Shown here: one piece after another, positions 15,001-26,823 of the stretch
How the letters are laid out: each line of letters starts with the position of its first letter
How positions within the stretch are numbered: the stretch's first letter is position 1
Assembly (NCBI RefSeq): GCF_964204645.1
Contig: NC_134027.1
Coordinates: 248,001 to 312,000 of the forward strand
Source: Tubulanus polymorphus
Lineage: Eukaryota; Animalia; Nemertea
DNA length: 64,000 nt
Direction of reading: 5' to 3'
Notes under the pieces: generated by a model
Database searches by the model: none
Seen by the model: only the letters and a program-made list of their open reading frames with translations
Told to the model about the DNA's origin: nothing
Position numbers and translations under genes: made by a program

Positions 15001-18000
15001 CCTATTCTCGACTCAAGAACTGGTCGATATTCCATCAGTTTCGCCAATGCTTTCATACATATAGACTAAAAACAGCAATAACAAAGAGATCATGATCCTT
15101 AACGACCCCCTCCTAACTAGAGTTAAATTACTATATTTCTAAATACTCAACCCTAGTTCAGTTTCAGAAAAACTCTAGTTCAGTTTCAGAAAAAAAGATC
15201 AACTCTTTTAAGGATTCAAGATAAAGTACACTTACTAAGAAATGAAATTGATTTAAGGAGTTAAAACTTTTTCATGAAAAAACTGGACTTATATCTGACA
15301 CAGAACTGTGAACTCGGGTCTTTTTTGGGTTACATATTTAGAGATCTAAAGCCAACTGCATAAACATCTAGTGTGGGTTGTAGTTGACCTACCTGAACAG
15401 CACTGTCTTCTAAATATGTTTTAATTGCCACCCAAATTAATTTCAACCATTGATCGTCGTATTCTTGAGGATACTCAACGTCTTCAAACATGGCATGAGC
15501 TAAAATATAAACACCCCAATGTGAATTGAATTAGTTTCGTAGCCCGGGTATCAGAGAATCCTCAACATGGCCCGGGTATCAGAGCATCCTCAACATGGCC
15601 CGGGTATCAGAACATCCTCAACATGGCCCGGGTATGAGAAAAACCTCAACATGGCCCGGGTATCAGAGAAACCTCAACATGGCCCGGGTATCAGAGAAAC
15701 CTCAACATGGCCCGGGTATGAGAGAAACCTCAACATGGCCCGGGTATGAGAGAAACCTCACATGGCCCGGGTATCACAGCATCCTCAACATGGCCCCTAA
15801 AAACTGACAAATTTCATATGAATTATTTACCGATTGCGTAGAATGTTTTGAATCCGGCTGTTTGGACGTCGCGATCTTTAGGACACAGCATCAGACGTGT
15901 AAGAATATTAGATTGAATATCCTTCTCAATTACATAATCCACAACAACATCTACAAACAACAGACACAAGCAGCTAATTACAGATATATACATACATAGA
16001 GTAAAAATAAACTTTGAAACACTAAACATGAACGAGAGGTTCAACTGTATATACAAAATAATTGTCCCGGTATACACATTATCACCCACACATTTTGATG
16101 AGGCGCCAGAGTCTGACCGAGCCCATTCTTAACAATTAAGAATTTTTGCTACCAAGTTGTCATAAAGGTGCAATAATTGCTTAGCTAATTACAATATTTT
16201 GGTTTCTTTATTTGAGCAACGTTTTTGACTGAGAACTTTGAAACTGAATTGTGGACCTGATTCCACACGACGGTCTACAGTCAGTTTTTAACACCGAGTA
16301 CAATAAGAACTGTGGAATCGGGTCCTCAATGCTTTCTATAATTTCTAAAATGATAAGAATGTTTTTAATTACCGTCTGAACAGAGTTTACTGATGAGTAA
16401 CATACACGCCGACCAAACTTCCTCCGTAGCCGAGACTCGTTTGATTGGTCGAGACTCAACAATGATACAATGAATCTGATTTTCAACGAGATGACTTCGC
16501 ACTCCGTCTATAAACATACAAATAATACTGTCTTGTTTTAGTAATTAGTACGATACACGTTGTGGATGAAGAAACATTTCTAGAGAATCATCCAACTTGA
16601 CGTCAGTAGAGACTATAGAATTAAAACTGGGTCCAGTTTTACTAAAAATTGGTTTAATTGCAACATACCGGCAACAATTCTTAGGCTAAAAAAAATTGAT
16701 ACCTTGTTTCTCCGCTCTGCTGAGCTTAAATGTTGACCCGGCCGGCCGCCTATCTACCCTAAACATTACTTTTTTTAAAATCGTGATCAATTTTACCATA
16801 ACAGACCAGGCCGCTATAGAAATGAACTATTTACAAATTCTATCATATTTTACAAAAATGACCCAGCCGCTGCGGAGAAACAAGGTATCATTTTTGTTTC
16901 GCCTTACTTGACGTTTTTAGAAGCTTAAACATTTCCATGAAACTGAACCCTAGTGCAGCTGACCCTGGAGTAGTTTTGTTTAGAAGTGTTTTATGTCCCA
17001 ACTGCGAGTAACAGTGTAACCCTACAAGTAGTCTTACTTAAAGAGACGGCCAGGACCTTTTTAGAGATTGTTATGTCTCACAACCTGACTAAGTTAGCAA
17101 GAAATTAGTCCATGAATGTGTCTTGAAAGCCAACGCCAGAGGTGGCTCTGAACTAGGGACCTCTCGGTTCCCAGTCCTCCACTCAACCAACTGAGCTAAC
17201 CGCACAGGAGTGAGTATCGGAATAAGTGGATTAAAACTGGATTATTTCTGTTGTATACGAACCGTGTTTAATCAGTATCGTCAATAAACTCGAAGCCTCT
17301 TTTAAAACTGATGCATTGTTAATATGTGTTTTCAACGCTATAATTACAGCTTTCAGATCACCATTCTCTATAAATATCTGTTGCCTCGATTGATCTGAAA
17401 ACAGAAAATTAGAAGCAAAACTTGAATACATTTGAATATGAATAACAACTTGAACCAGGTTTCAAATTGTAAGTAATCAAAAGTTAACTAGCTCATATTG
17501 CGCGGCTCAAATCTTATTCACAACTGCGGAATCATGACATTGGATCCGATACTAGAAATTCTAAACACTCACCAGCTGTTTATTGATTTGTTATTTATTT
17601 ATTCTTTTTGCGAATGGAAATTCTAGTAGCTCTTGTTTCTCTCGACTCTCACCTCTTTTCAATAGAATATGCAGTACATTACAACTGATACACTGTAGCT
17701 CAGCATTCACAACGTACACACCCATAGATATTCTAATACTACTCATCACATTCTGCCCTTGTGACAATAAAAATTTCTTCACTTCATCTAAACACAAAAT
17801 AAACATCTCATAATTAGAAGCTTCATGGATCCAGTTCGACAGTTCCGAAACCTGGCTCTAGAATTTTGAATGAATAAAACCCTAGGATCTTGATTCTAAC
17901 TCAAGAACTGTGCTCCTGATATCTCCTCGATCCTCCACATACTCCTAGTTCCTGCATGATTCCTTTGATGCCACCTTGCTTATTGATATAAATGATCCCC

Positions 18001-20501
18001 TTTTAAGATTCATCTGCCTAAAGATTCATCAGAGAATATGCTATCCATGAAACAATGCCCCGACACCCAGAGTCAATAACTCTTATAGTGTTATAGTAAT
18101 AAATGTTGTTTTAAGTTCATCAACTGACAAAGTGACTACTAAAACTGCCTGGTTCCCGATGCTATTCATCTGATCATTAAATTCAACCACTTTTTTGAGC
18201 AACGGATTTTTCTAGAATGGTTTGATATTTTTTGATACATACCGCTGGTGGTCAAGTAGGAAATCAGTTTCAAGGCTATCACCTGAGCACTGTCTGTGAT
18301 TGGCTGCTGGTTTAACAGTTTTACGCAAATTCTAGATTCAAAAAGATTAACATCTCAATTTATTTGAATCAGTCTCACGTGCAGATACGACCATCAATTC
18401 TCATTATATTGAAATATGAAAATTCACTTACTTCGCGGAATCCAAATTGATGATTCTTTGTCTCAATGTGTTACTATAGAAACACAGCCGATAAAGCAAC
18501 AAACAACCAGACTGAAAACAGAAGGTTATCATCAATACATGTACATGTACAATGCAAACATGTACATGTACGAGACAAACATGTACATGTACAATACAAA
18601 CACACACATGTACAAACCAAACATGTGCATGTACGAGTAAAACATGCACATTTTGAAAATCTTAGAATATTGAAGCAAAACAACACTATTGCAGGAAGGA
18701 TAAATTGTCATTTTCAAGTTGAAATTTTGGATTGAAATTTGTACACATGCATTAGATTTAAAACAGTCACCAATTAGACAAGAACTGATGAATAGTTTGC
18801 GATGGAAATTTGGGATGTTTTTGTTTTATTGATGGATGATTAGTTAATTGTAGGTGGAGTTTACCTGATGATTGACAAATCAACAACTGTGCAATATTTT
18901 GGGTGGAGCTGAAATTCACAGTTAAAGCAATTAAAAATAGCAATTATTATGAGAAAGCTGTGAGAAAAAAAACAAATTATCACGCACGTAAGCAGCGTGT
19001 GTTAAAATACAATTCTAAAGCAAGAACCACATAGCATACAGAGATTAACCATTGATAAAACACTCTACGCATGTCATGTCTATGTTTTATATTGTTAAGA
19101 TACGTATGAAATGTTTCCTTGTGATGACGGTTTATTATCCAAATAGTCATCTTCACGAATAATGCATTCAGAACTACTATTCAGTATCCCTCTATAGATG
19201 ATGGTTAGGAATGGGCCCAAGTCGGAACATCATCCTACAGGCTCAAGGAAACATTTCAGACTTAAAAGCATTAAATCCAATTAACCATTTAAGTGAATAA
19301 TTGTAACAGAAACGAATGAAAAAGTGTGAAAATTTCTGAAAATAGAAGTGAAATCCAAATGGCACTGAAAGAAATGTTGATTTGTTTAAGCGCTGAAAAT
19401 TAACAAGCTCGCAAAATATGTGGTTAAAACCTCCAAATCTCCAAGTATTTAAGCTGAGAAGCAACAATTTAAAAACCGATACAATTCCCCTATAAACCGA
19501 TACAATACCCCTATAAATCTGAAAGCTGTCTAAATAGAGTTAAAAAGCAACTCAAAATATATATATATATATATTTATTTACCTCGAACAGCTTTTCATA
19601 GCTTTTGAAGAATTTAAACTTATCCAATATCAGTTTCTGAATGTGATTGTCTTCAAGAAAATTAAGCGCCATTTCTGATAGACATAAAATAAAACAAGGC
19701 AAGTTAGAAATGGATGAAAATAAGCACCAATTGAAATGTATTCAATAGTTAAAATAAATACAGATGAAAGAGAAGTGATCTCTTCAAGGCTATCACTGGG
19801 TTTTATTTTTTCAAAATTCTTTCCATTTTGTTCACTGAGAAACTGCAGTGTTTAGGCTGTAGCTTAGGGAGATTTGTTTATGAATGTCCAGTTGACAAAG
19901 GGGCTGATATAAACCTCTTGTTATCAAAGAATGATAGTCGGTATTGTTTGTGAATAGAGTTACCATACCTGACTGGTCACCAGTTACCACACCTGACTGG
20001 TCAGCACTCAGCTCACTGGTCACCACTGACCATTGCACCAACTTACAAACTCACTCAATCACTAGTACTCAGTAGTCTAGTGGTTAGGACAGAGGACTGG
20101 CACCTGAGGGACCCAGGTTCAAATCTCGGGATGGGCTGCAGCTAGGGTTAGGGTTACGGACCTAGGGTTAGGGTTAAGGACTTAGGGTTATGAACTAGGG
20201 GAATATCGATATGTTTATGTCAAACTGATTTGAAAACTCAAATGGACAAACTTCCCTTTTTCTTAAACTTACCATCATTGCAACAATCATATAACAACTG
20301 TAGCGCTTTTCCGAGATCTGCTTCATCGAAACAGTTTTTGAGAAGGTACCAGCCATCTTGAGCTTTCTGATAAGAAGCTGAATTAATCGTGTTGTTGTGC
20401 GTGCTACTAGATGATTCAGACGATGAACTCGGCCATTCGTCGAACGCGATCACCTGCCTCTCTATAACTGTATCATCCATCACTGCATCTTCATCATCCA
20501 T
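1..20501 (-). CDS. LRRK2: Leucine-rich repeat kinase 2-like gene, N-terminal armadillo + ankyrin region (partial; continues beyond window start)
   Basis: 20 phase-consistent GT-AG exons: 20273-20501, 19583-19674, 18432-18511, 18243-18331, 17653-17787, 17263-17394, 15831-15950, 15393-15499, 14980-15065, 14797-14903, 14338-14467, 14115-14245, 12131-12259, 11729-11809, 11471-11613, 10950-11067, 10566-10666, 553-672, 168-267, 1-28 (~750 aa). Segments QWLKLIWVAIKTYLEDSAVQSICMKALAKLMEYRPVLESRIGEDP and LLSACELGLLKVVECLIELGVDCNQ...DVQTALKLSL...GMLLHHMGFDKE align by eye with recalled human LRRK2 ARM (WLEACYKALTWHRKNKHVQEAACWALNNLLMYQNSLHEKIGDED) and ANK (LERACDQNNSIMVECLLLLGADANQ...DVRKALTISI) segments. 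Confidence 0.88.
1607..1777. mobile_element. MITE copy (internally deleted relative of 16684-16903)
   Basis: Near-identical 5' part (ggcaaaaaaattgataccttgtttctccgctctgctgagc...) and 3' end (aaagtatcatttttgattagcc) to the element at 16684-16903. Confidence 0.75.
2426..2655 (+). pseudogene. Degenerate RTE-clade LINE 3' fragment (copy 1)
   Basis: Translates as VRKRRLSFAGHVSRMSDKESVRK...YGTRKPG, matching the R-R-L-x-W/F-A-G-H-V-x-R-M...G-x-R-x-x-G C-terminal motif of RTE-like non-LTR retrotransposon ORFs; frameshifted. Confidence 0.65.
2975..3202 (-). pseudogene. Degenerate RTE-clade LINE 3' fragment (copy 2, inverted)
   Basis: Reverse complement (aacaaaactaatgttcgaaagc...tcgccggtcacatgccgag...tgccctctacacgccctcac...aaaaccagaatgac) aligns with copy 1. 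Confidence 0.65.
3244..6265 (+). ncRNA. Putative multi-exon non-coding transcript or decayed gene antisense within the large LRRK2 intron
   Basis: Repeated exon/intron modules with canonical sites: 4581-4722, 4808-5042, 5128-5265, 5351-5462 (ycag|...aaag|gtaa), probable exons at 3244, 3414, 3679-3826, terminal exon from 5762 with AATAAA at 6254; module 4581-4722 has stops in all frames. Confidence 0.4.
7380..9720. repeat. Degenerate ~350-400 bp repeat, about 4 copies
   Basis: Recurring blocks aagacaaggcaaag(t/g)tggcaaaa, tttccagagt, atctctggtttt, gaataaaa and ggttcataaaatact..taaggccct near 7390, 8290, 8675 and 9430. Confidence 0.55.
11295..11460. repeat. CT-rich low-complexity intronic tract
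   Basis: Polypyrimidine (ctctccc)n run next to LRRK2 exon 11471-11613. Confidence 0.9.
12731..13757 (+). CDS. Nested secreted protein (238 aa) with divergent CUB-like C-terminus, antisense inside LRRK2 intron 12260-14114
   Basis: Phase-consistent exons 12731-12812, 12915-13118, 13253-13374, 13449-13757; N-terminus MKLHSLLLLILIMRDTISS is signal-peptide-like; upstream UTR donor at ~12569 (cacg|gtaagt); AATAAA at 13781. Confidence 0.8.
15541..15797. repeat. Minisatellite, ~29 bp unit, ~9 copies
   Basis: Unit gcccgggtatcagagaaacctcaacatg in LRRK2 intron 15500-15830. Confidence 0.95.
16684..16903. mobile_element. MITE with TTA target-site duplication (PIF/Harbinger- or Zator-like)
   Basis: TIR ggctaaaaaaaattgataccttgtttctccgc / gcggagaaacaaggtatcatttttgtttcgcc, flanked by TTA on both sides; second copy at 1607-1777. 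Confidence 0.8.
17140..17205 (-). mobile_element. tRNA-derived SINE-like fragment
   Basis: Minus strand gcggttagctcagttggttgagtggaggactgggaaccgagaggtccctagttcagagcc: A-box plus degenerate B-box, similar to the core at 61300. Confidence 0.55.
19960..20200 (+). mobile_element. Composite repeat: conserved leader + tRNA-like core + TTAGGG-like tail (copy 1)
   Basis: A-box tagtctagtgg, B-box ggttcaaatc, then ctagggttagggtta repeats; leader gactggtcaccactgaccattgcaccaacttacaaactcac shared with 61210-61530. Confidence 0.75.
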
Positions 20502-21180
20502 TGAATCTCATACTGAAGTTATCAAACATTACCCTAAATCATCTTAAACCTAATTTCATAAGTTTTTCCAGAAAAATCGCCGAAACTGTTCCCTTAAAAT
20601 GTTTGACTAGTTTAGCTGAAGTGTGTGTATGATTTAGATGACAGAGAGGGGAGGATTTCAGTCCAGCGATCGGGGGAACGATTACAGGCAGAGAAGGGGT
20701 AGTCTGAATACCAGATGTTATTGGTTATTCTCTGCACCGTAACACTTGGTTGTAGAGTAGTAGTAGTAGAATCCAGCAGCGTAACATGGGCGGGGGGGGG
20801 GGCGGGGAAACCTCACGACTCCAAACTACTGGCGATCTGACAGATAATAGCAGAAAGTGAGAGGGGAGAGATGAGGGTTGCTTTCATTTTATTTGTTTCA
20901 ATTCTTCACACAACCCCGAACTAGAAATAGAATTCTGGTCGCGGCCGGTTGTGTGTTACTGTTTGTTATAATGTTAATAATGTTGTTTAAATTCAATTGA
21001 ATTAGCCGACGACGGTTCTATATTTGACAGGCTGTTGGATAAACCTTCTGGAACCTCTCATACATCATGTTATTTCTAGCTATTCGTTCTATTCCTACTT
21101 GTTGTTACCGCCGTTTTATAACTGCGAAACAGAAACGCTCAATAAAACCTAATTGGATTGAATTTATTTCCGGGTTGTGA

Positions 21181-21197
21181 GCGCCACCTGGCGGTAG
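21181..21197 (-). promoter_or_regulatory. CTCF-like motif in the divergent LRRK2/SLC41 upstream region
   Basis: Minus strand ctaccgccaggtggcgc matches the CTCF core CCRSCAGRTGGCGC. Confidence 0.45.
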
Positions 21198-21680
21198 TGA
21201 TTGTGTGGCAGTTTTTCGGAAATATTCGATTTATTCATCGTTTAACAAGGAGAAAATGACTTTAAACCTCGGAAAATCGCCTCGCTTTTCTTATTGTAAG
21301 AAAATTTGGATGAAATTGAAACCAATTCGAATAAAAACAACAACAAAAACAGCATTATACTGTATCAATTCAATATCAATGTATATTATATTGTAACTAT
21401 TTTTAGGCCTACTACCCCGGGACCCGTATTCACCCCCTTGCCCCCAAAACAGTATAGGACACACTCATTTTTTGTGTGAAGAAATCATTTCTCATGAGTA
21501 TCTACCACCAACCACCCAAAAAAAGAAACAGTGTTCGTGATTCAGTTGTCAATGACAGCTGTTTGTTTTAGCATCTCCGGGCCAGGCGGGTCACTGGTGC
21601 AGGCCCTAGGCCTATGTGAAACTGACACAAACTCTTGACCTTTCAGCTCGGGTTCACCCCCAGTACCTAGAGTCTTTGTC

Positions 21681-23750
21681 AGATTGTCTCAGTATTGAGA
21701 CTGGATCCTCTCCGGGGGGTTGAGTCTAGGGTCGGTTAGATTGTCTCAGTATTGAGACTGGATCCATTCGGGGGGGTTGAGTCTAGGGTCCGTTAGATTG
21801 TCTCAGTATTGAGACTGGATCCTCTCCGGGGGGTTGAGTCTAGGGTCGGTTAGATTGTCTCAGTATTGAGACTGGATCCTCTCCGGGGGTTGAGTCTAGG
21901 GTCGGTTAGATTGTCTCAGTATTGAGACTGGATCCTCTCCGGGGGTTGAGTCTAGGGTCGGTTAGATTGTCTCAGTATTGAGACTGGATCCTCTCCGGGG
22001 GTTGAGTCTAGGGTCCGTTAGATTGTCTCAGTATTGAGACTGGATCCTCTCGGGGGGATTGAGTCTAGGGTCCGTTAGATTGTCTCAGTATTGAGACTGG
22101 ATCCTCTCGGGGGGGTTGAGTCTAGGGTCGGTTAGATTGTCTCAGCAGTGAGACTGGATCCTCTCCGGGGGGTTGAGTCTAGGGTCGGTTAGATTGTCTC
22201 AGTATTGAGACTGGATCCTCTCCGGGGGGGTTGAGTCTAGGGTCGGTTAGATTGTCTCAGTATTGAGACTGGATCCTCTCCGGGGGTTGAGTCTAGGGTC
22301 CGTTAGATTGTCTCAGTATTGAGACTGGATCCTCTCGGGGGGATTGAGTCTAGGGTCCGTTAGATTGTCTCAGTATTGAGACTGGATCCTCTCCGGGGGT
22401 TGAGTCTAGGGTCGGTTAGATTGTCTCAGTATTGAGACTGGATCCTCTTTGGGGGTTGAGTCTAGGGTCGGTTAGATTGTCTCAGTATTGAGACTGGATC
22501 CTCTCCGGGGGTTGAGTCTAGGGTCGGTTAGATTGTCTCAGTATTGAGACTGGATCCTCTCGGGGGGGTTGAGTCTAGGGTCCGTTAGATTGTCTCAGTA
22601 TTGAGACTGGATCCTCTCGGGGGGATTGAGTCTAGGGTCCGTTAGATTGTCTCAGTATTGAGACTGGATCCTCTCCGGGGGTTGAGTCTAGGGTCGGTTA
22701 GATTGTCTCAGTATTGAGACTGGATCCTCTCCGGGGGGTTGAGTCTAGGGTCGGTTAGATTGTCTCAGTATTGAGACTGGATCCTCTCCGGGGGGTTGAG
22801 TCTAGGGTCGGTTAGATTGTCTCAGTATTGAGACTGGATCCTCTCCGGGGGGTTGAGTCTAGTGTCGGTTAGATTGTCACAGTATTGAGACTGGATCCTC
22901 TCCGGGGGTTGAGTCTAGGGTCGGTTAGATTGTCTCAGTATTGAGACTGGATCCTCTCCGGGGGTTGAGTCTAGGGTCGGTTAGATTGTCGCAGTATTGA
23001 GACTGGATCCTCTCCGGGGGGTTGAGTCTAGGGTCCGTTAGATTGTCTCAGTATTGAGACTGGATCCCCTCCGGGGGGGTTGAGTCTAGGGTCGGTTAGA
23101 TTGTCTCAGTATTGAGACTGGATCCCCTCCGGGGGGTTGAGTCTAGGGTCGGTTAGATTGTCGCAGTATTGAGACTGGATCCTCTCCGGGGGTTGAGTCT
23201 AGGGTCGGTTAGATTGTCTCAGTATTGAGACTGGATCCTCTCCGGGGGTTGAGTCTAGGGTCGGTTAGATTGTCTCAGTATTGAGACTGGATCCTCTCCG
23301 GGGGTTGAGTCTAGGGTCCGTTAGATTGTCTCAGTATTGAGACTGGATCCTCTCGGGGGGATTGAGTCTAGGGTCCGTTAGATTGTCTCAGTATTGAGAC
23401 TGGATCCTCTCCGGGGGTTGAGTCTAGGGTCGGTTAGATTGTCTCAGTATTGAGACTGGATCCTCTTTGGGGGTTGAGTCTAGGGTCGGTTAGATTGTCT
23501 CAGTATTGAGACTGGATCCTCTCCGGGGGTTGAGTCTAGGGTCGGTTAGATTGTCTCAGTATTGAGACTGGATCCTCTCCGGAGGGTTGAGTCTAGGGTC
23601 GGTTAGATTGTCGCAGTATTGAGACTGGATCCTCTCCGGGGGGTTGAGTCTAGGGTCGGTTAGATTGTCGCAGTATTGAGACTGGATCCTCTCCGGGGGG
23701 TTGAGTCTAGGGTCGGTTAGATTGTCGCAGTATTGAGACTGGATCCTCTC
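21681..23750. repeat. Minisatellite, 56-58 bp unit, ~36 copies, with internal hairpin
   Basis: Unit gattgtctcagtattgagactggatcctctcc(g)nttgagtctagggtcggtta; GTCTCA-gtat-TGAGAC stem-loop; variation mostly in G-run length. Confidence 0.97.
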
Positions 23751-26700
23751 TACGAGGTATCTATGATTTAGAGTTAATTGGATGAAATTATATTTTAGTA
23801 GCATAAGGCATCTAAACTTCGAACTATAACACCTGGGGCTGTTACTCATCTGTTTATTGATTAATGTCTCGTCTATTTGATATAATTATAAACCGGGTCT
23901 AACTAATAACTGGGCTTAATTCACTTAATGTTATAAATAATGGAGACATTTATAGATTTCAGATTATGACTGATATTCAATAGTTTATTCACAGATGTTT
24001 GTAATGGCAGCAGTGGGGTAGTACAGCTGTTAGCCTGTACAGAGGGGACGTGGAGGAGAACAGCATTCTTCATGCATCGCTAAGCCCAACAATTTTTAGG
24101 GTAAATTACCGAGAAAATGTCATTCTGACATTTCCAGAATGTTACGAAATTCCATTTTCAGAAGTTTTGTTTTTGACCTAGAAATTTTGTCAAAATTGTA
24201 CCGTTGTTTAATATATAGAAAGTGACATTTTTAGATTATTTTCTGGTTTTGAAATCTGACATTCTATTGTTGTGTTTCCTATTTCTATTTTCCACTGCTG
24301 CAGCTGTTACTGTAGATATTTTTCAGGAGTCCTATATTTAACGCGCCACAGATTTTTTATTCACTGTTAATCGCATTCGACCCAGTTGTTACAAATATCA
24401 ACGGGTTACTTTACATCATCATAAATTCAAATTTTGTTAAATTAATTGATTTGAATGGTTGAACAGTTGTTGGCAGTAACCAGCAGTAACCAGCAGCACG
24501 TAGCTGGCCGGTCGCGGGGTTTGTCTGGTAATCTAACACATGTTACCAGACAATATATCGTGTGATATTAGTGAGATCGAGATTATTAAAATATCGATGA
24601 ACGCAGGTTTTACATAAGAGTTCACTTGATTGCGGTAAATGCATCGCTCCAGTAACACTGTCAATAGTTACACGGTTAACTCTCATCCAGTTGCTTGCTT
24701 CGTTGAGAGGTTCAGTTTGAAATTAGTTCATTTACATCGTTTTAACGTTTGAGACAAATTATAATCTTCAACTGGATTCCGTATCTCAGTTGTTTGAGTT
24801 GTATTTGACTGGAGTCGATTTGACCTCTCACAACTGGATAGTACGGAATCGAGTTCTTGGTTAATATTTGACTGTAGGTTAAACAAATAGAAAATGATAT
24901 AATTTTCACTGTTGTATCAAACTTAACCGACATCTGTGGAGTTGAATCGAGAGCGTTGAAACATTGACTCGTTTATTTCAGGATGAACTAAAATTATTAA
25001 TCAATATTTCGCAGACACGCGGGTTGGACAGTTCGTATTTATGTGTTACTGTGTTTAGACTAAATCAGTTATTCAGCTGCAGTTCAGCGCAAACAACGCT
25101 AACACCAAACCTTGAGAATTCGTTTATTCTATTTTGTGGATTTATTGTCAATCATGATGGGTAAGAGAAGCGTTTTCACATGAAATATGGTTTGAAACGT
25201 GGTAGTCAGTGTATTATAGATAATGTGTTTTGAAAATCTGGGCGCAATTGGGGGGAGGGGGAGAGAAGTGGAGTATTGACCCAAATTCATAAATGATTGT
25301 CTTAGATAGTTGCGCTTGCAATTTAAAATTCATTCTCTAACATAGAATTAGAGGAAACATAATTTTAAACTATTCTTTTCAGCTTTACATTCGTTATCTT
25401 GATTACGCCGGTTCTGGATCCAGTTCTGCAGTTTTCTGATTTCAGGCTACTCTTTAAGTAAAGACACTGAAATGAATTATGTCAATTTCAAAAGATAAAT
25501 TTATCGATGAACTGTAAATCTGGGTCCTGAATTCTGTGTTACTGGTGATGAAGTTATCTCAGTCTATTCTATTATCTGATAGATTATTAATGGTTTATTA
25601 AAGACCAGTCTCTGTATATATATATATAAGTACTACAGCAATATGTGATTTATAAAACAGATGGTGTCTGTTATAGTCATAATGATGATGATGATGATGA
25701 AATTTACACGTGTTGAAGATTTTGTCGTAACCCGCGGTGAAAATAAACACCCACGAAAATATCCTATTAACGAATATTACAAATTTCTATTTGAATTTTT
25801 AGAATTATTTGAAAGATTATTAACCGGTGTAATATGTAAGTGCCAGGGCTCTGTCTGTACCGTATTTTGTGGTTGTGGTCATTTTCATTTTTAGCTTTAT
25901 GAGAATTTTTGTCTTCGTGATTTTTTCCTATCATGAATGAAAATCCCCCGATTAACTCATTCTCTCGGTGGCGCCCTCATTATTCAGACAGTTAAACTAA
26001 TCTACGTGCGTCCATATATTTGCATGGATTTTCACATGAAGTTTTTCCTGCCCGTGAATTAAATTGTTGTCAAAATTTTCCCAAAAACATTTTTCTGATT
26101 TTTATTAATTTTCTATTCGATTTTTCGATTGATACGGAATGAAGCATCGTTTTGAAAATTTAAACCTTTTATCAAAAGTTATTTTTTGGATGCATAATTC
26201 GAAACTTATGTTGATTTTATGCGTATATTATAATTCTTTGTATCAAAAAATCAATACAGTAAACCTTGCCCTAATTCACTCTTTCAAACCTGCTTACCTC
26301 AAGACACCTCAGATTAATTTTGTCATTTAACATCAGTCCCGGGTTGTCTAATTTTGGGTGAAGTTTACTGTAAAATATTTTCGATTTTTCTGATATATAT
26401 TTTTTGGCTCTCTATGATGTTAGATAGTTTATGTCACATACAGTTTAACTCGTGTTGTCGTATGATAATTAGTCAAAAGTCATCTCTATTATTTTTGAGT
26501 TTCTATTTGTATTTTGCGATCCAATTTACTACAAGTCTAAGTCATTATTTTGATAAGTCATTTACGTAATGATCTTCGTAAGCAATGAGTTTCACTGTAT
26601 TCTGACATGTTTTATAGGTTATTTCTCTCTCTCTCTCGAACTGCCTCTCTATTCACTGCTGTAACAGTTATTGTTGCAGCTGTTTTTTGAGAATAACAAA

Positions 26701-26823
26701 TTTCAAGGATTTCGAAAAATATCGAATTATTGCCAGCTCTGTAAATATCGATAAATCACTGTGTTTCAGATAACTGTAAGTCTACTGTGGCAAGTGAAGT
26801 CGAGTATTTCATCAATAACAACA

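Noticed and set aside
17571-17652. Alternative donor (gtgagt at ~17572) extending LRRK2 exon 17653-17787
   Set aside because: The extension meets an in-frame stop at 17591; the donor at 17652 keeps phase.
18416-18735. Overlapping His/Val- and Cys/Thr-rich ORFs (also 13870-14135)
   Set aside because: Caused by (acatgt)n microsatellite-like intron sequence next to real LRRK2 exons.
21681-23750. CRISPR-like array (palindromic repeats)
   Set aside because: Units are contiguous with no unique spacers, there are no cas genes, and the context is eukaryotic; it is a minisatellite.
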